From contig JAZDMX010000007.1 in the NCBI GenBank assembly GCA_043800555.1, positions 26,683-90,682 of the forward strand: DNA of 64,000 bases, read 5' to 3'. Both the position numbers and the translations under genes were made by a program. Positions within the stretch are counted from its first letter, which is position 1; the number at the start of each line of letters is the position of its first letter. Positions 30,613 through 41,806 of this stretch are shown piece after piece. Below the pieces are notes generated by a model, which saw only the letters and a program-made list of their open reading frames with translations, had not been told where the DNA came from and did no database searches. The DNA comes from Candidatus Omnitrophota bacterium. Lineage in GTDB: Bacteria > Omnitrophota > Gorgyraeia > Gygaellales > Profunditerraquicolaceae.

Positions 30613-31539
30613 ATGGATAAATTAAGGGTAGCGGTGATTGGCGTAGGGCACTTAGGCAGTATTCATGCTAAAATATATCAAGAAATCCCCGATTGCTCGC
30701 TTGAGGCTATCTGCGATACGGATAAAGCGCGCTTAGAGGCCGTAGCCCAAAGCCTGAATGTGCCCGGATACCGGGATTACCGCGAGATTTTCGGTAAAGT
30801 TGACGCGGTAAGCATAGCCACTCCCACAAAACTGCACTACGCTGTCGCCAGCGACTGCCTGAAGCACAATCTGCATGCTTTGGTTGAAAAACCCTTTACT
30901 CCCAGCCTCCAAGAAGCTGACAGCCTTATCAATATAGCCAAAAACAATAATTTGATCCTGCAGGTAGGGCATATTGAACGCTTCAATTCCGCCTTTAGCG
31001 CTACCCGGAAAATCGTTAAGGACCCAAAATTTATAGAGTGCCACCGGCTCTCGCCTTTTCCAAACCGGTCGCTTGACGTAGGGGCTGTGCTGGATATTAT
31101 GATCCATGACATCGATATAATCCTGGGGCTGGTTTCTTCGCCTATCGAACACATTGAATCCGTAGGGATAAATGTACTTACCCCTTTCGAAGATATTGCT
31201 AATGCAAGGATTACCTTCGAAAACGGCTGCGTAGCCAATCTTACCGCCAGCCGCATTTCCGACGAGATAATGCGAAAAATCCGCATCTTTCAGGAAAACA
31301 CCTATATATCGCTGGACTACAAGAACGCTGAAGCCTGGGTATATCGAAAAGGCATCCTGAAGATTACGAAGGAAAGCCTGCCGATTGAAAAAGAGCAACC
31401 TCTGCAAAAAGAATTGCGGGCGTTTATCGGCTGCCTGATAAATAAAGAAGAACCTCTTGTATCGGGCGCTGTCGCCCGCCAAGCCTTAAAAGTGGCTTTA
31501 GAGATCCAACATCAGATATGGCACAAAAACAAATCCTGA
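30613..31539 (+). CDS. Gfo/Idh/MocA oxidoreductase, GnnA-like by context
   Basis: VIGVGHLG, EKP, GHIERFN, DIMIHDID, ASRIS; overlaps the lpxB start; start moved to MDKLR. Confidence 0.88.
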   Translation: MDKLRVAVIGVGHLGSIHAKIYQEIPDCSLEAICDTDKARLEAVAQSLNVPGYRDYREIFGKVDAVSIATPTKLHYAVASDCLKHNLHALVEKPFTPSLQEADSLINIAKNNNLILQVGHIERFNSAFSATRKIVKDPKFIECHRLSPFPNRSLDVGAVLDIMIHDIDIILGLVSSPIEHIESVGINVLTPFEDIANARITFENGCVANLTASRISDEIMRKIRIFQENTYISLDYKNAEAWVYRKGILKITKESLPIEKEQPLQKELRAFIGCLINKEEPLVSGAVARQALKVALEIQHQIWHKNKS

Positions 31540-32651
31540 TCATCTGCGGCGAACCGTCGGGCGAGCTCCACGCGGCCAACCTTGTCTCGGCGATAAAAGA
31601 AATCGACCCTAAAATCAGAGTTTTAGGCGTAGGTAGCGCGCTCCTTGCAAAAGCCGGAGCGGATATTATTTTCAACATAAAAGGCTTAAGCGTTATGGGG
31701 CTTTTTGATGTCATCAAGAAACTCCCTAGGTTCATCAGCTTAAAGAGAACAATTTTAGATAAACTTGCTTTGGAAAAATTCGACGCGGTCATCTTCGTGG
31801 ATTTTTCCGGATTTAACCTCAGACTTGCTAAAACAATCAATAACCGCATCCCCGCTATTTACTATGTCAGCCCGCAGGTTTGGGCATCCCGGCCGAAAAG
31901 AATCCAGATTTTAAAGAAATACACCCGCAAAATCATCGTCCTCTTTGAATTTGAGAAAGAATTTTATAAAAAATACGGGATGGATGTTGATTGCGTTGGG
32001 CATGCTTTATTGGATATCGTCAAACCGACTATAGAGAAAGACAAGCTGCTCCATAAACTAAATCTCTCCCAAGAAAAAAAAACAATAGCTCTTTTGCCGG
32101 GTTCGCGTAAACAAGAAATCAATAAAATCCTGCCGGTAATGCTTAAAACCGCTCAGCTCATGAATAAAGATAACGGCTTTCAATTTGTGATCGCTAAGGC
32201 TAGCTCGCTTGATTGGAAGTTTTACGATAAGATAGCCAGGAAATTCGAAGTTGAAGCCAAGTTTTTGGAAGGAAAAACTTACGATACCCTGAATATCGCT
32301 GATTTTGCTTTGGTCTGTTCAGGGACTGCGACACTGGAAACCGCGATAATGCAGAAACCTTTCTTTATAATTTATAAGATGAACCTCTTGAATTACCTGC
32401 TTTACCGTCCGCAGGTTAAAATTCCTTATATAGGAATAGTGAATATTGTGGCAGGCAAGAAAATAATCCCGGAATTTATCCAGTTTCAGACGAAACCTAA
32501 AAAAATAGCTGCCCTTGCGTTAGAACTTATCAATAATCGCGTTAAGCTTGAAAATATGAAAGCTGAACTTAGCGCGATCAAATCCTCTTTAGGCCCTCCC
32601 GGAGCCGCTCATCGCGCCGCCAAAATCATAATTGATTTCTTAAATATTTAG
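31518..32651 (+). CDS. lpxB: Lipid-A-disaccharide synthase
   Basis: GEPSG, DFSGFNL, YVSPQVWASR, LLPGSR, SGTATLE, PEFIQ. Confidence 0.96.
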   Translation: MAQKQILIICGEPSGELHAANLVSAIKEIDPKIRVLGVGSALLAKAGADIIFNIKGLSVMGLFDVIKKLPRFISLKRTILDKLALEKFDAVIFVDFSGFNLRLAKTINNRIPAIYYVSPQVWASRPKRIQILKKYTRKIIVLFEFEKEFYKKYGMDVDCVGHALLDIVKPTIEKDKLLHKLNLSQEKKTIALLPGSRKQEINKILPVMLKTAQLMNKDNGFQFVIAKASSLDWKFYDKIARKFEVEAKFLEGKTYDTLNIADFALVCSGTATLETAIMQKPFFIIYKMNLLNYLLYRPQVKIPYIGIVNIVAGKKIIPEFIQFQTKPKKIAALALELINNRVKLENMKAELSAIKSSLGPPGAAHRAAKIIIDFLNI

Positions 32652-32699
32652 GGACGGTTCTCAAGGTAAAGCAAAGCGCCCCCTGGCCCCCGGTTAATA

Positions 32700-33788
32700 T
32701 TAAAACGGCTCCGCCATTTTAATGCGTTCATCTATTGGCGGATGGTCAAAGAAGAAAAATTTGATTACCGGATGCGGGGACCTATCGGCAAGGTTCTGCT
32801 TGGCAAGTTTATCCATGGTAGAAATAAAGGCACTTTTTAATCCGGTAACCTCCAGCGCCAAAGAATCAGCGCTTCTCTCAAAACTCCTGCTGATAAATGC
32901 CTCAAGCGGCTGGGTAATCATTCCAAACAACATAAAATAAAGCAAAACAACCGGAAGCGCTGCCAGATCCCCCAACGAAGATAACCCGAATATATCCAGC
33001 ATACCGCTATTGGTCCGGAAAATAAGATAAAATACCGCCAGGGTCACCAAAGAATTAACCGCAATCAACTTTAAGAGGTGCTTTAGCTGGCAGTGCGCGA
33101 ATTCATGCGCCAAAATAACCTCAATTTCATCATAGCTATATTTATCTTTTAGGGTATCGGCCAGGATTATCCTGCGGGTGCTTCCGACTCCGACAAAAGC
33201 GGCATTTGCCTTTAAGGTCTTCTTGCTGAAATCAATCTCAAAACAATCCAAAACCTTGACTTTCATCTTATCGGCCAATTTCATGATCCGGCTGCGTAAA
33301 TTTTCGTCACCCAGTTTTTTATACTTAAAGAACATCGGGATTATAATGATAGGCATAAGCTTGGCCATAACAACGCTAAAGAAAATCCAAAAGATTGAAA
33401 CGGTTAGCCACCAGTTACCGGGGTTACGTTTCAGAATAAAATAAAAGGCCCCGACCAAGATCAGGCTGATAACATAAGAAATCGCGCCTGCCTTAAACTG
33501 GTCTTTAAGCCAATCCCTTAGCGTTTGCCTGCTTAAAGAAAACCTGTGTTCTAAAATATAAGACTGGGAGAAATTAAATGGAAGGTCCAAGCAATAATAG
33601 CCAAAATAAGCTATCAAGATATACAGAGGCAAGGCTAGGAAATTTGGCGCGTAAATACTTAAAACTGATGCCAAACCCCGGGATAATCCTGTCCTTAAGA
33701 ATAGAATGATAAGGATAAGGGTATAAATTATACCGGCTATATCCAAACCATACTTAATGTTGGAGTACTGCTTTGCCCTGTCAGACAT
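32700..33788 (-). CDS. M48 family (Ste24-like) membrane zinc metallopeptidase
   Basis: NAAFVG, HEFAH (HExxH), SFERSAD, HPPIDER; multiple TMs. Confidence 0.92.
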   Translation of the reverse strand: MSDRAKQYSNIKYGLDIAGIIYTLILIILFLRTGLSRGLASVLSIYAPNFLALPLYILIAYFGYYCLDLPFNFSQSYILEHRFSLSRQTLRDWLKDQFKAGAISYVISLILVGAFYFILKRNPGNWWLTVSIFWIFFSVVMAKLMPIIIIPMFFKYKKLGDENLRSRIMKLADKMKVKVLDCFEIDFSKKTLKANAAFVGVGSTRRIILADTLKDKYSYDEIEVILAHEFAHCQLKHLLKLIAVNSLVTLAVFYLIFRTNSGMLDIFGLSSLGDLAALPVVLLYFMLFGMITQPLEAFISRSFERSADSLALEVTGLKSAFISTMDKLAKQNLADRSPHPVIKFFFFDHPPIDERIKMAEPF

Positions 33789-33802
33789 ATTGATAACCGT
33801 AA

Positions 33803-33821
33803 TTCCAAACCCGCATTGGAA
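33803..33821. repeat. TTCCAATGCGGG-family single unit, copy 2
   Basis: TTCCAAACCCGCATTGGAA, flanked by AACC...GGTT. Confidence 0.9.
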
Positions 33822-33829
33822 TCAGGTTT

Positions 33830-34069
33830 CTATTTCTTTTCGGTAGGCTTGATATTGACAAAGGTGCGTACCTTGCCGTGGCTCGTCTTCTTTTTAGAAA
33901 AATAGACCTTCCCGGGGCATTGGGCAAATAACGTGCCCAAACCTTTTACGTTAACTCCGGCCTTGTAGGTATCTACCCCTCTAATCAGGATTTGCCCGGT
34001 CAAGACCTGCATGCCTTCGGAAACTTTATTCGCTTTGTCTTTCTTTGGGGTTGAAAATCCGCCTGTCAT
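33830..34069 (-). CDS. Divergent ribosomal protein bL27-like protein
   Basis: G.QVLTGQILIR, AGVNV, TLFA..PGKVYF, RTFVNI align with the bL27 core; strong AGGAGG RBS; N-terminus non-canonical. Confidence 0.8.
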   Translation of the reverse strand: MTGGFSTPKKDKANKVSEGMQVLTGQILIRGVDTYKAGVNVKGLGTLFAQCPGKVYFSKKKTSHGKVRTFVNIKPTEKK

Positions 34070-34197
34070 CGCATTCTCCTCCTTAATTTTCCCGCGCTAA
34101 TCTTCCTGAAAACCAATCCCGGCCGCCAAGCTATTCCGGGCCAGAAGCAAAAAATATGCGCACATTAATGATGAAAAGCCATATTACCACAAATTCC

Positions 34198-35592
34198 CTA
34201 CTCAAGCAACACTTCTTCGCCCTTAGACGGTATATAAGAATCCAGGCCATTTCGAGTAAGCGCCTCTTGCAGGGAAAGCATTTGATCCTCTTCGCCATGA
34301 ACTAAAAATATACGCTTTAAGGGGAGGCAGGCGGTTATGAACTTCATCAGCTCGTTTTTATCCGCGTGCCCGGACATAGCGTTAATGACTACGACTTCAG
34401 CGTTAAGTTCATATTCGATACCGAATATGCGCACGAATTTATCCATGCTTACGATCTTCCTGCCTAATGTATCGCGCGCCATATACCCAACCACAAGGAT
34501 CATGTTCCGGGAATCCTCTATATTATTCTGAAGATGGTGCAGGATCCTTCCGGATTCGCACATCCCGGAGCCGGCGATAATAATCATCGGCCGCTTATCC
34601 GCGTTAAGGGCTTTGGATTCTTTCTGCTCGCGGATAAACCTTAAATTCAGAAACGCAAAAGGGCTCTCCCCCCTGACTATTGCCTGGCGGTTCTCCTCAT
34701 CCATATAGTCGGGGTGTCTCTCGAAAACCTCGGTGATATCGGTAGCAAGCGGGCTATCCACATATATCGGGACATCAGGAATCAGCTTTTCTTTCAATAG
34801 GGCATTTAAATAATAAATCACTTCCTGGGTGCGCTCTAAAGTAAAAGAAGGAATAAGGACCTTGCCTCCCCGGCGCAGAGTCCGGGATATCGCTTCCCTA
34901 AGCCTTGACTGCGCTTCTTCTATCGGAGTATGCGTCCTTGCGCCATAGGTGCTTTCAATAATCAAATAATCAAGCCCCTTAGGAATAGCCGGATTATTCA
35001 ATAACGGCAAGTTTTCCCTCCCCAGGTCTACGGCATAGCCAAGGCGGACATTGCGGTTTTCATCCTTGATATCCAAGACAACCACGGCCGAACCCAATAT
35101 ATGCCCCGCGTCAATAAGCGTTGCGTAAACATTCTTGGCTATGCAGAACTTTTGATTATAAGAAATCGGCCTGAATATTTTAGTGGCGCGGGAAGCTTCC
35201 TTCTTGGTATAGAGAGGTTTTCTTTCGGGGAGCCCTATTCTTTTATTTATTTTATTAACGTATTTTACGTCTTCTTCCTGGATCTTCCCGGAATCGATAA
35301 GCATAAGCTCGCTCAAAGCCTTGGTGGCTGCGGTTGTATAGATCTTGCAGCGCAGCCCTTTCTTAATCAAGCTGGGGATACTTCCGCAGTGGTCGATATG
35401 CGCGTGCGATAAAACAAGCGCGTTGATCAAACGGGGATTAAAACTAAAGGTGGTATTTATTGCATAAGACTCGTCGCGCCGTCCCTGGAATAACCCGGCA
35501 TCAAGCAAGACTTCGGTTTTTCCGCATGAGACCAAATGGCTTGAGCCGGTAACAGTCTTAACCCCGCCCAAGAACCTTACTTTAACAGCCAT
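34198..35592 (-). CDS. MBL-fold beta-CASP ribonuclease (YSH1/TTHA0252-like)
   Basis: VTGS, SHAHIDH, AGHILGS, ESTYG, SGMCESGRILHHL, SGHAD. Confidence 0.93.
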   Translation of the reverse strand: MAVKVRFLGGVKTVTGSSHLVSCGKTEVLLDAGLFQGRRDESYAINTTFSFNPRLINALVLSHAHIDHCGSIPSLIKKGLRCKIYTTAATKALSELMLIDSGKIQEEDVKYVNKINKRIGLPERKPLYTKKEASRATKIFRPISYNQKFCIAKNVYATLIDAGHILGSAVVVLDIKDENRNVRLGYAVDLGRENLPLLNNPAIPKGLDYLIIESTYGARTHTPIEEAQSRLREAISRTLRRGGKVLIPSFTLERTQEVIYYLNALLKEKLIPDVPIYVDSPLATDITEVFERHPDYMDEENRQAIVRGESPFAFLNLRFIREQKESKALNADKRPMIIIAGSGMCESGRILHHLQNNIEDSRNMILVVGYMARDTLGRKIVSMDKFVRIFGIEYELNAEVVVINAMSGHADKNELMKFITACLPLKRIFLVHGEEDQMLSLQEALTRNGLDSYIPSKGEEVLLE

Positions 35593-35610
35593 AGTGTTTT
35601 TTATCTAAAC

Positions 35611-37284
35611 TCATTTATCATAAGTGGAATAAAAATACGGGGTGTGGGCAAGAAATTCCGCGGCGCAGGTATCCACAAGCTTAAAGGTCGCTTTAATATC
35701 GAATGATTTACGTAAGCTTAAGACCTCTCCCTCTTTTTTATCCCAAAGCTTAGCCAATTGCCTGTCGCTAAAACCGAATTCCTTAAGCTCCAGCATCAGC
35801 TCCTTGGATATATTATCCTTATTCCTGATGGCCTTCTTCTCCAAATCAATAATCTCTTTAAGGTTATTCAAGAACCACCGGTCGATTTTTGTAAGCTCGA
35901 AAATCCTATCTATCCCCATTCCGCTTCGCAACGCATCGCCGATATAAAATATCCTTTCGGCTCCCGGGGACTTTAACTTTTGCTCGATATCCTTCCTGGC
36001 GCCTTTTGCGTTTTTATCCTCGAGCGACACAGCCCATTTATTATCAAATAAAATGCTCTCCAGGCCGTATTTTTTGATCTCCAGGGAACGCAATCCCTTT
36101 TGCAGCGCTTCTTTGAAAGTCCTGCCGATGGACATCGTTTCACCGACGGATTTCATGGAAACGGTTAAAACCGGATCAGCCGAAGGAAATTTCTCGAAAG
36201 TAAAACGCGGGACCTTAACTACGCAATAATCAATTGCCGGTTCAAAACAAGCGGGTGTTTCGCGGGTTATATCATTAGGTATCTCATCCAGCGTGTAACC
36301 AACGGCCAGCTTTGCGGCAATCTTAGCTATCGGGAAACCCGTTGCCTTGGAAGCAAGGGCAGAGCTCCGGGATACGCGCGGGTTCATTTCGATAATAACC
36401 ATGCGGCCGGTATCCGGATGGACGGCAAACTGTATATTCGAGCCTCCTGTCTCAACCCCAATCTCCCTGATGCAGGCAATTGCCGCATCGCGCATCTTCT
36501 GGTACTCTTTATCGGTAAGGGTTTGGACCGGGGCAACGGTAAGGCTATCTCCGGTATGCACCCCCATCGGGTCGAAATTCTCGATAGAACAGATAACCAC
36601 GCAATTGTCCTTTAAATCCCGCATAACCTCAAGTTCAAATTCTTTCCAGCCGCAGACCGACTCTTCGATCAAGATCTCGCTTATCATGCTGGACTCCAGC
36701 CCCGACTTGGCTAACCCCCTGAATTCTTCTTTGTTATAAGCTATGCTTCCGCCTGTGCCTCCTAAAGTAAAGCTCGGCCGGATAATTACCGGAAACCCAA
36801 TTGCTTTAGCGGCTTTAAAGGCTTCTTTGAGATTATAAGCTTTATTGCTGCGCGGTAAATCCAGGCCTATTTTCTTCATCGCTTCTTTAAATAACTGCCT
36901 ATCTTCTCCCTTCTTTATCGCTTTTATATTGGCCCCGATGGTTTCAACTTTATACTTATTTAATACCCCTCTTGCCGCCAAGGCCACAGTGACATTTAAG
37001 GCGGTTTGCCCCCCTAACGTAGGAAGAAGCGCATCCGGCCTCTCTTTGGCAATGATCCTTTCCAGGACTTCCGGGGTAATCGGCTCAATATAGGTAGCGA
37101 AAGCTACTTGCGGGTCAGTCATGATTGTGGCGGGATTAGAATTTACTAAAACAACCTTAAACCCCTCTTCCTTCAAGACCTTGCAAGCCTGGGTGCCGGA
37201 ATAATCAAACTCGCAAGCCTGCCCTATGACAATGGGGCCTGAGCCGATTATCAATATTTTCTTAATGTCTGTCCGCTTAGGCAT
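35611..37284 (-). CDS. carB: Carbamoyl-phosphate synthase large chain, N-terminal half only (557 aa)
   Basis: [35 protein letters not shown]; ends [18 protein letters not shown]. Confidence 0.95.
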   Translation of the reverse strand: MPKRTDIKKILIIGSGPIVIGQACEFDYSGTQACKVLKEEGFKVVLVNSNPATIMTDPQVAFATYIEPITPEVLERIIAKERPDALLPTLGGQTALNVTVALAARGVLNKYKVETIGANIKAIKKGEDRQLFKEAMKKIGLDLPRSNKAYNLKEAFKAAKAIGFPVIIRPSFTLGGTGGSIAYNKEEFRGLAKSGLESSMISEILIEESVCGWKEFELEVMRDLKDNCVVICSIENFDPMGVHTGDSLTVAPVQTLTDKEYQKMRDAAIACIREIGVETGGSNIQFAVHPDTGRMVIIEMNPRVSRSSALASKATGFPIAKIAAKLAVGYTLDEIPNDITRETPACFEPAIDYCVVKVPRFTFEKFPSADPVLTVSMKSVGETMSIGRTFKEALQKGLRSLEIKKYGLESILFDNKWAVSLEDKNAKGARKDIEQKLKSPGAERIFYIGDALRSGMGIDRIFELTKIDRWFLNNLKEIIDLEKKAIRNKDNISKELMLELKEFGFSDRQLAKLWDKKEGEVLSLRKSFDIKATFKLVDTCAAEFLAHTPYFYSTYDK

Positions 37285-37291
37285 AATAGTT

Positions 37292-37456
37292 TAAATTCGA
37301 AGCAAGAAAACCGGCTTCCGAAACAAACCCGGATTTTATAATGTTCCGCGCCCAAAAAACTATTTTTGTTTTGGACATCTGGATTTTGAACATTTGGGAA
37401 AACCTGCGCCTGCCTGCCGGTCAAGCCGGGATTGCGATAACCGGGTATCGGATTTA
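37292..37456. repeat. Degenerate long inverted-repeat element at the carA/carB junction with nested GCCTGCCTGCCGG
   Basis: Ends TAAATTCGA / TCGGATTTA; internal CCAAAA/TTTTGG; overlaps the carA 3' end. Confidence 0.5.
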
Positions 37457-38604
37457 GGCTTCTTCATCATCTCAACAAAATCGTCAAACAAATACTCCGC
37501 GTCATGCGGCCCGGCGGAAGATTCCGGGTGGAACTGCACGGAAAAAACCGGAAGCTTTTTATGCCGCAGGCCTTCCGGAGTCAAATCATTTAAATTAATA
37601 TGAGTCAATTCGATATCTTTTTTATTCAAGGAATCCATGTCCACGCAAAAGCCGTGGTTTTGGACTGTAATAGACACTCTACCGGTTTTTAAATCCTTCA
37701 CCGGTTGATTGGCGCCATGGTGGCCGAATTTAAGCTTATAGGTCTTGCCGCCGAAAGCCTGCCCCAGTATTTGATGGCCTAAACAAATCCCGAATACCGG
37801 TAATTTAGCCAATAGCGCTTTTACGGTATTTACTATATACGGCAGGGCCGCGGGGTCCCCGGGGCCGTTGGAGATAAGGATACCGTCGGGCTTCATTTCC
37901 AGTATTTGGCTGGCTGTAGCCGTGCACGGCACAACAATTACTTCGCACTCGCGTTTAACTAATTCCCTCAAAATATTATACTTCACTCCGCAGTCAATTA
38001 CCGCTACTTTAAATTTACCCTTTAAGAAAATGGGGCCGGAATTATTTTTCCTGCGCATAGAAACGGGTGAAAATAATCCTGGCGCCGTTTTTCCTTTTTG
38101 GCCCCATTTATAAGCCTTGCTGCAAATTACTTCCTTAACCAAATCCCTGCCGGCTAAGCCGGGAGAACCGCGGGCTTTTCTGACCAAACTTCTTTCATCC
38201 GGATCAACCGTAGATAATACCGCCCTCATCGCTCCCTCTTGCCTTATATGCAAAGTCAAGCTGCGGGTATCTATGCCTTCAATGCCGACAACGTTATTTT
38301 CCTTTAAATACACCGCCAGCTCTTTTTGAGAACGCCAGTTACTGGTTATCCGGCTATACTCCTTGACTACGAATCCTTCGATAAACGGCTTAGAGGACTC
38401 GGCATCTGCGGAATTTACCCCATAATTGCCGATTAACGGATAGGTCATGGCTACAATCTGCCCCTTATAGGAAGGATCGGTAATAATTTCCTGGTAGCCG
38501 GACATACTGGTATTAAAAACCACCTCTCCGAATTTTTCGCCTTCGGCGCCAAAAGATCTCCCTCTAAATATTGTCCCGTCTTCTAAGGCTAGTATTGCGC
38601 TCAT
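37360..38604 (-). CDS. carA: Carbamoyl-phosphate synthase small chain
   Basis: GEVVFNT, TDPSY.GQ, SNGPGDP, GICLGHQ, QFHPE; linker insertion and C-terminal extension. Confidence 0.97.
   Translation of the reverse strand: MSAILALEDGTIFRGRSFGAEGEKFGEVVFNTSMSGYQEIITDPSYKGQIVAMTYPLIGNYGVNSADAESSKPFIEGFVVKEYSRITSNWRSQKELAVYLKENNVVGIEGIDTRSLTLHIRQEGAMRAVLSTVDPDERSLVRKARGSPGLAGRDLVKEVICSKAYKWGQKGKTAPGLFSPVSMRRKNNSGPIFLKGKFKVAVIDCGVKYNILRELVKRECEVIVVPCTATASQILEMKPDGILISNGPGDPAALPYIVNTVKALLAKLPVFGICLGHQILGQAFGGKTYKLKFGHHGANQPVKDLKTGRVSITVQNHGFCVDMDSLNKKDIELTHINLNDLTPEGLRHKKLPVFSVQFHPESSAGPHDAEYLFDDFVEMMKKPKSDTRLSQSRLDRQAGAGFPKCSKSRCPKQK
38027..38091. repeat. Imperfect AAAATGGGG-type inverted repeat inside carA
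   Basis: AAAATGGGGCCGGAATTATTTT ... AAAATAATCCTGGCGCCGTTTT, 18 of 22 positions complementary. Confidence 0.7.
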
Positions 38605-38655
38605 AATGTGGCTTAATATATAGGCACGGGCAAAGAAAGCCTAATTTATCTATTA

Positions 38656-40299
<1,644 letters not shown>

Positions 40300-40365
40300 C
40301 TAAAGATCCCCGTAAACCTCGGGCTCAAAACTTGCTGCCCGGCATTAAACCGGGATCTCCCTTAA

Positions 40366-40407
40366 GAAAATGGCGTTTTAGGGCCGAGTCTCTGGCCTAA
40401 AAACGCC
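40366..40407 (-). terminator. Terminator-like hairpin in the pyrG leader
   Basis: Minus strand GGCGTTTTTAGGCC-8 nt-GGCCCTAAAACGCC followed by ATTTTC. Confidence 0.45.
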
Positions 40408-40441
40408 CTTGTTAGTTTTAGTCCTTCCCTGAATTAGAAAT

Positions 40442-40469
40442 ATTATAACACAATAATATAATATGTCAA
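40442..40469 (-). promoter_or_regulatory. Consensus sigma70 promoter for pyrG-carA-carB
   Basis: TTGACA-16 nt-TATAAT with TG extension. Confidence 0.75.
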
Positions 40470-41806
40470 ACTAAATGCAGGAATTCTTTGCCTTCCGACC
40501 AGGGGCTCAAATAACGCTCTATCTTGATATTGTCCATATTTTCATTTAAATCAATTATCTCTCCGTTATTTTGCGGGTGGATAATCTTTACCCTGGGAAG
40601 GAATATGTTAGTTTCATTCTCCTGCACGACCACTCCCACCCGCTTATCGTTTAAAAGGATAATTGAGCCTACCGGCCATACGCCGATAGCTTTAAAGAAA
40701 GCGCTCAATAAATCCGGATCAAAACTCGTTTTGCTGCCGCGCATCATAAGGCCATAGATCATATCCGGAGGATAATCTGTTTTGTAGCTCCTCCTTTGCG
40801 AAAGCGCGTCATAAACATCGCAGATAGAAACAATCGCTGAAACAATGTGCTGTTTCTTTTTAAAGACGCTCTTGGGATAACCGCTCAAATCATACTTTTG
40901 GTGGTGCTCAAAACTAACTACTACCGGCATAATCCCTATAGCCTCGGTATACTCCATAAGAAGCTTGGCGCCCAGGATAGTGTGGCTCTCCATCTGCTCG
41001 AATTCCTGCACGCTAAGTTGCCCGGGCTTACGGATGGTCTTGCGGGAAATATAGAGTTTCCCTATATCATGAAACAACGCGGATATGCCTATCTCCATAA
41101 TCACGTCTTTATTAAACCCTAACTTTGAAGAAAAATGCATGCTCAATATGGAAACATTCAACAAATGGATAAATGTCCCGGTGTCGTATCTTTTTAAAGT
41201 TGCCAGCTTAAATAACTGGCCATAATAAACGCCGAGGTTATTAACGATATTATTTATCGCAAGCCTCAGGCTCAATCCATCCACAGTTTCATTATTCATG
41301 ATCTTGGTCAACGCGGGAGAAATTTGATCAAGCGAAACCTGGTAATTATTTAATAAATCCGGGTGCTCTTTCTTTTTCCCTGCATCCTCTTGAGGGGAAC
41401 CCTTAACTTTACCCACGGATATATTCCTGACTCCCGATAGGGCCAAGGATTCCTGAGGATCGCCCTTTATCTCCTCTTTAGAAAGGGCCAAGAATTCAAT
41501 GAACTTATTCAGCTCTCCAAGCCCTAAACCGCGGCTAAAGGCGATCCTTTCTATACCCCTGCCCTTTAAATATACAACCATTTGATTAAGGAATTTACTT
41601 AGATCAAAAAAGATCTCTTTCTCAAAAGCCAATTCTTCTCCGATGATCCCGATAACCAATTCTGGCCTGTCGGCTAAAACATCCTGGAGGCTAAGATAAG
41701 CTTTTTCCGCCGATTTTAAGACAATCGGATGCGACGCTCCGTAAAGCTTAGCCATCTGAAGGCAAGTCAAGAAGTCTTTAAAACAATCCCCGATATTATC
41801 GTTCAT
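40466..41806 (-). CDS. HD-GYP domain phosphodiesterase with uncharacterised N-terminal domain
   Basis: HLLNV, LFHDIGK, HT..GA, EHHQKYDLSGYP, DVYDAL..RSYK. Confidence 0.92.
   Translation of the reverse strand: MNDNIGDCFKDFLTCLQMAKLYGASHPIVLKSAEKAYLSLQDVLADRPELVIGIIGEELAFEKEIFFDLSKFLNQMVVYLKGRGIERIAFSRGLGLGELNKFIEFLALSKEEIKGDPQESLALSGVRNISVGKVKGSPQEDAGKKKEHPDLLNNYQVSLDQISPALTKIMNNETVDGLSLRLAINNIVNNLGVYYGQLFKLATLKRYDTGTFIHLLNVSILSMHFSSKLGFNKDVIMEIGISALFHDIGKLYISRKTIRKPGQLSVQEFEQMESHTILGAKLLMEYTEAIGIMPVVVSFEHHQKYDLSGYPKSVFKKKQHIVSAIVSICDVYDALSQRRSYKTDYPPDMIYGLMMRGSKTSFDPDLLSAFFKAIGVWPVGSIILLNDKRVGVVVQENETNIFLPRVKIIHPQNNGEIIDLNENMDNIKIERYLSPWSEGKEFLHLV

Noticed and set aside
30733-31482. 249-aa minus-strand ORF and other long antisense ORFs (14637-15242, 19540-20061, 22243-22860, 23203-23718)
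   Set aside because: They lie opposite well-conserved genes and have no recognisable motifs; typical shadow ORFs
32651-32695. GGGACGGTTCTC mini-hairpin between convergent lpxB and the M48 gene
   Set aside because: A single weak unit with no clear partner arm or U-tract
35593-35610. carB as a pseudogene
   Set aside because: The stop falls at the natural domain boundary, motifs are intact and no decayed second half follows
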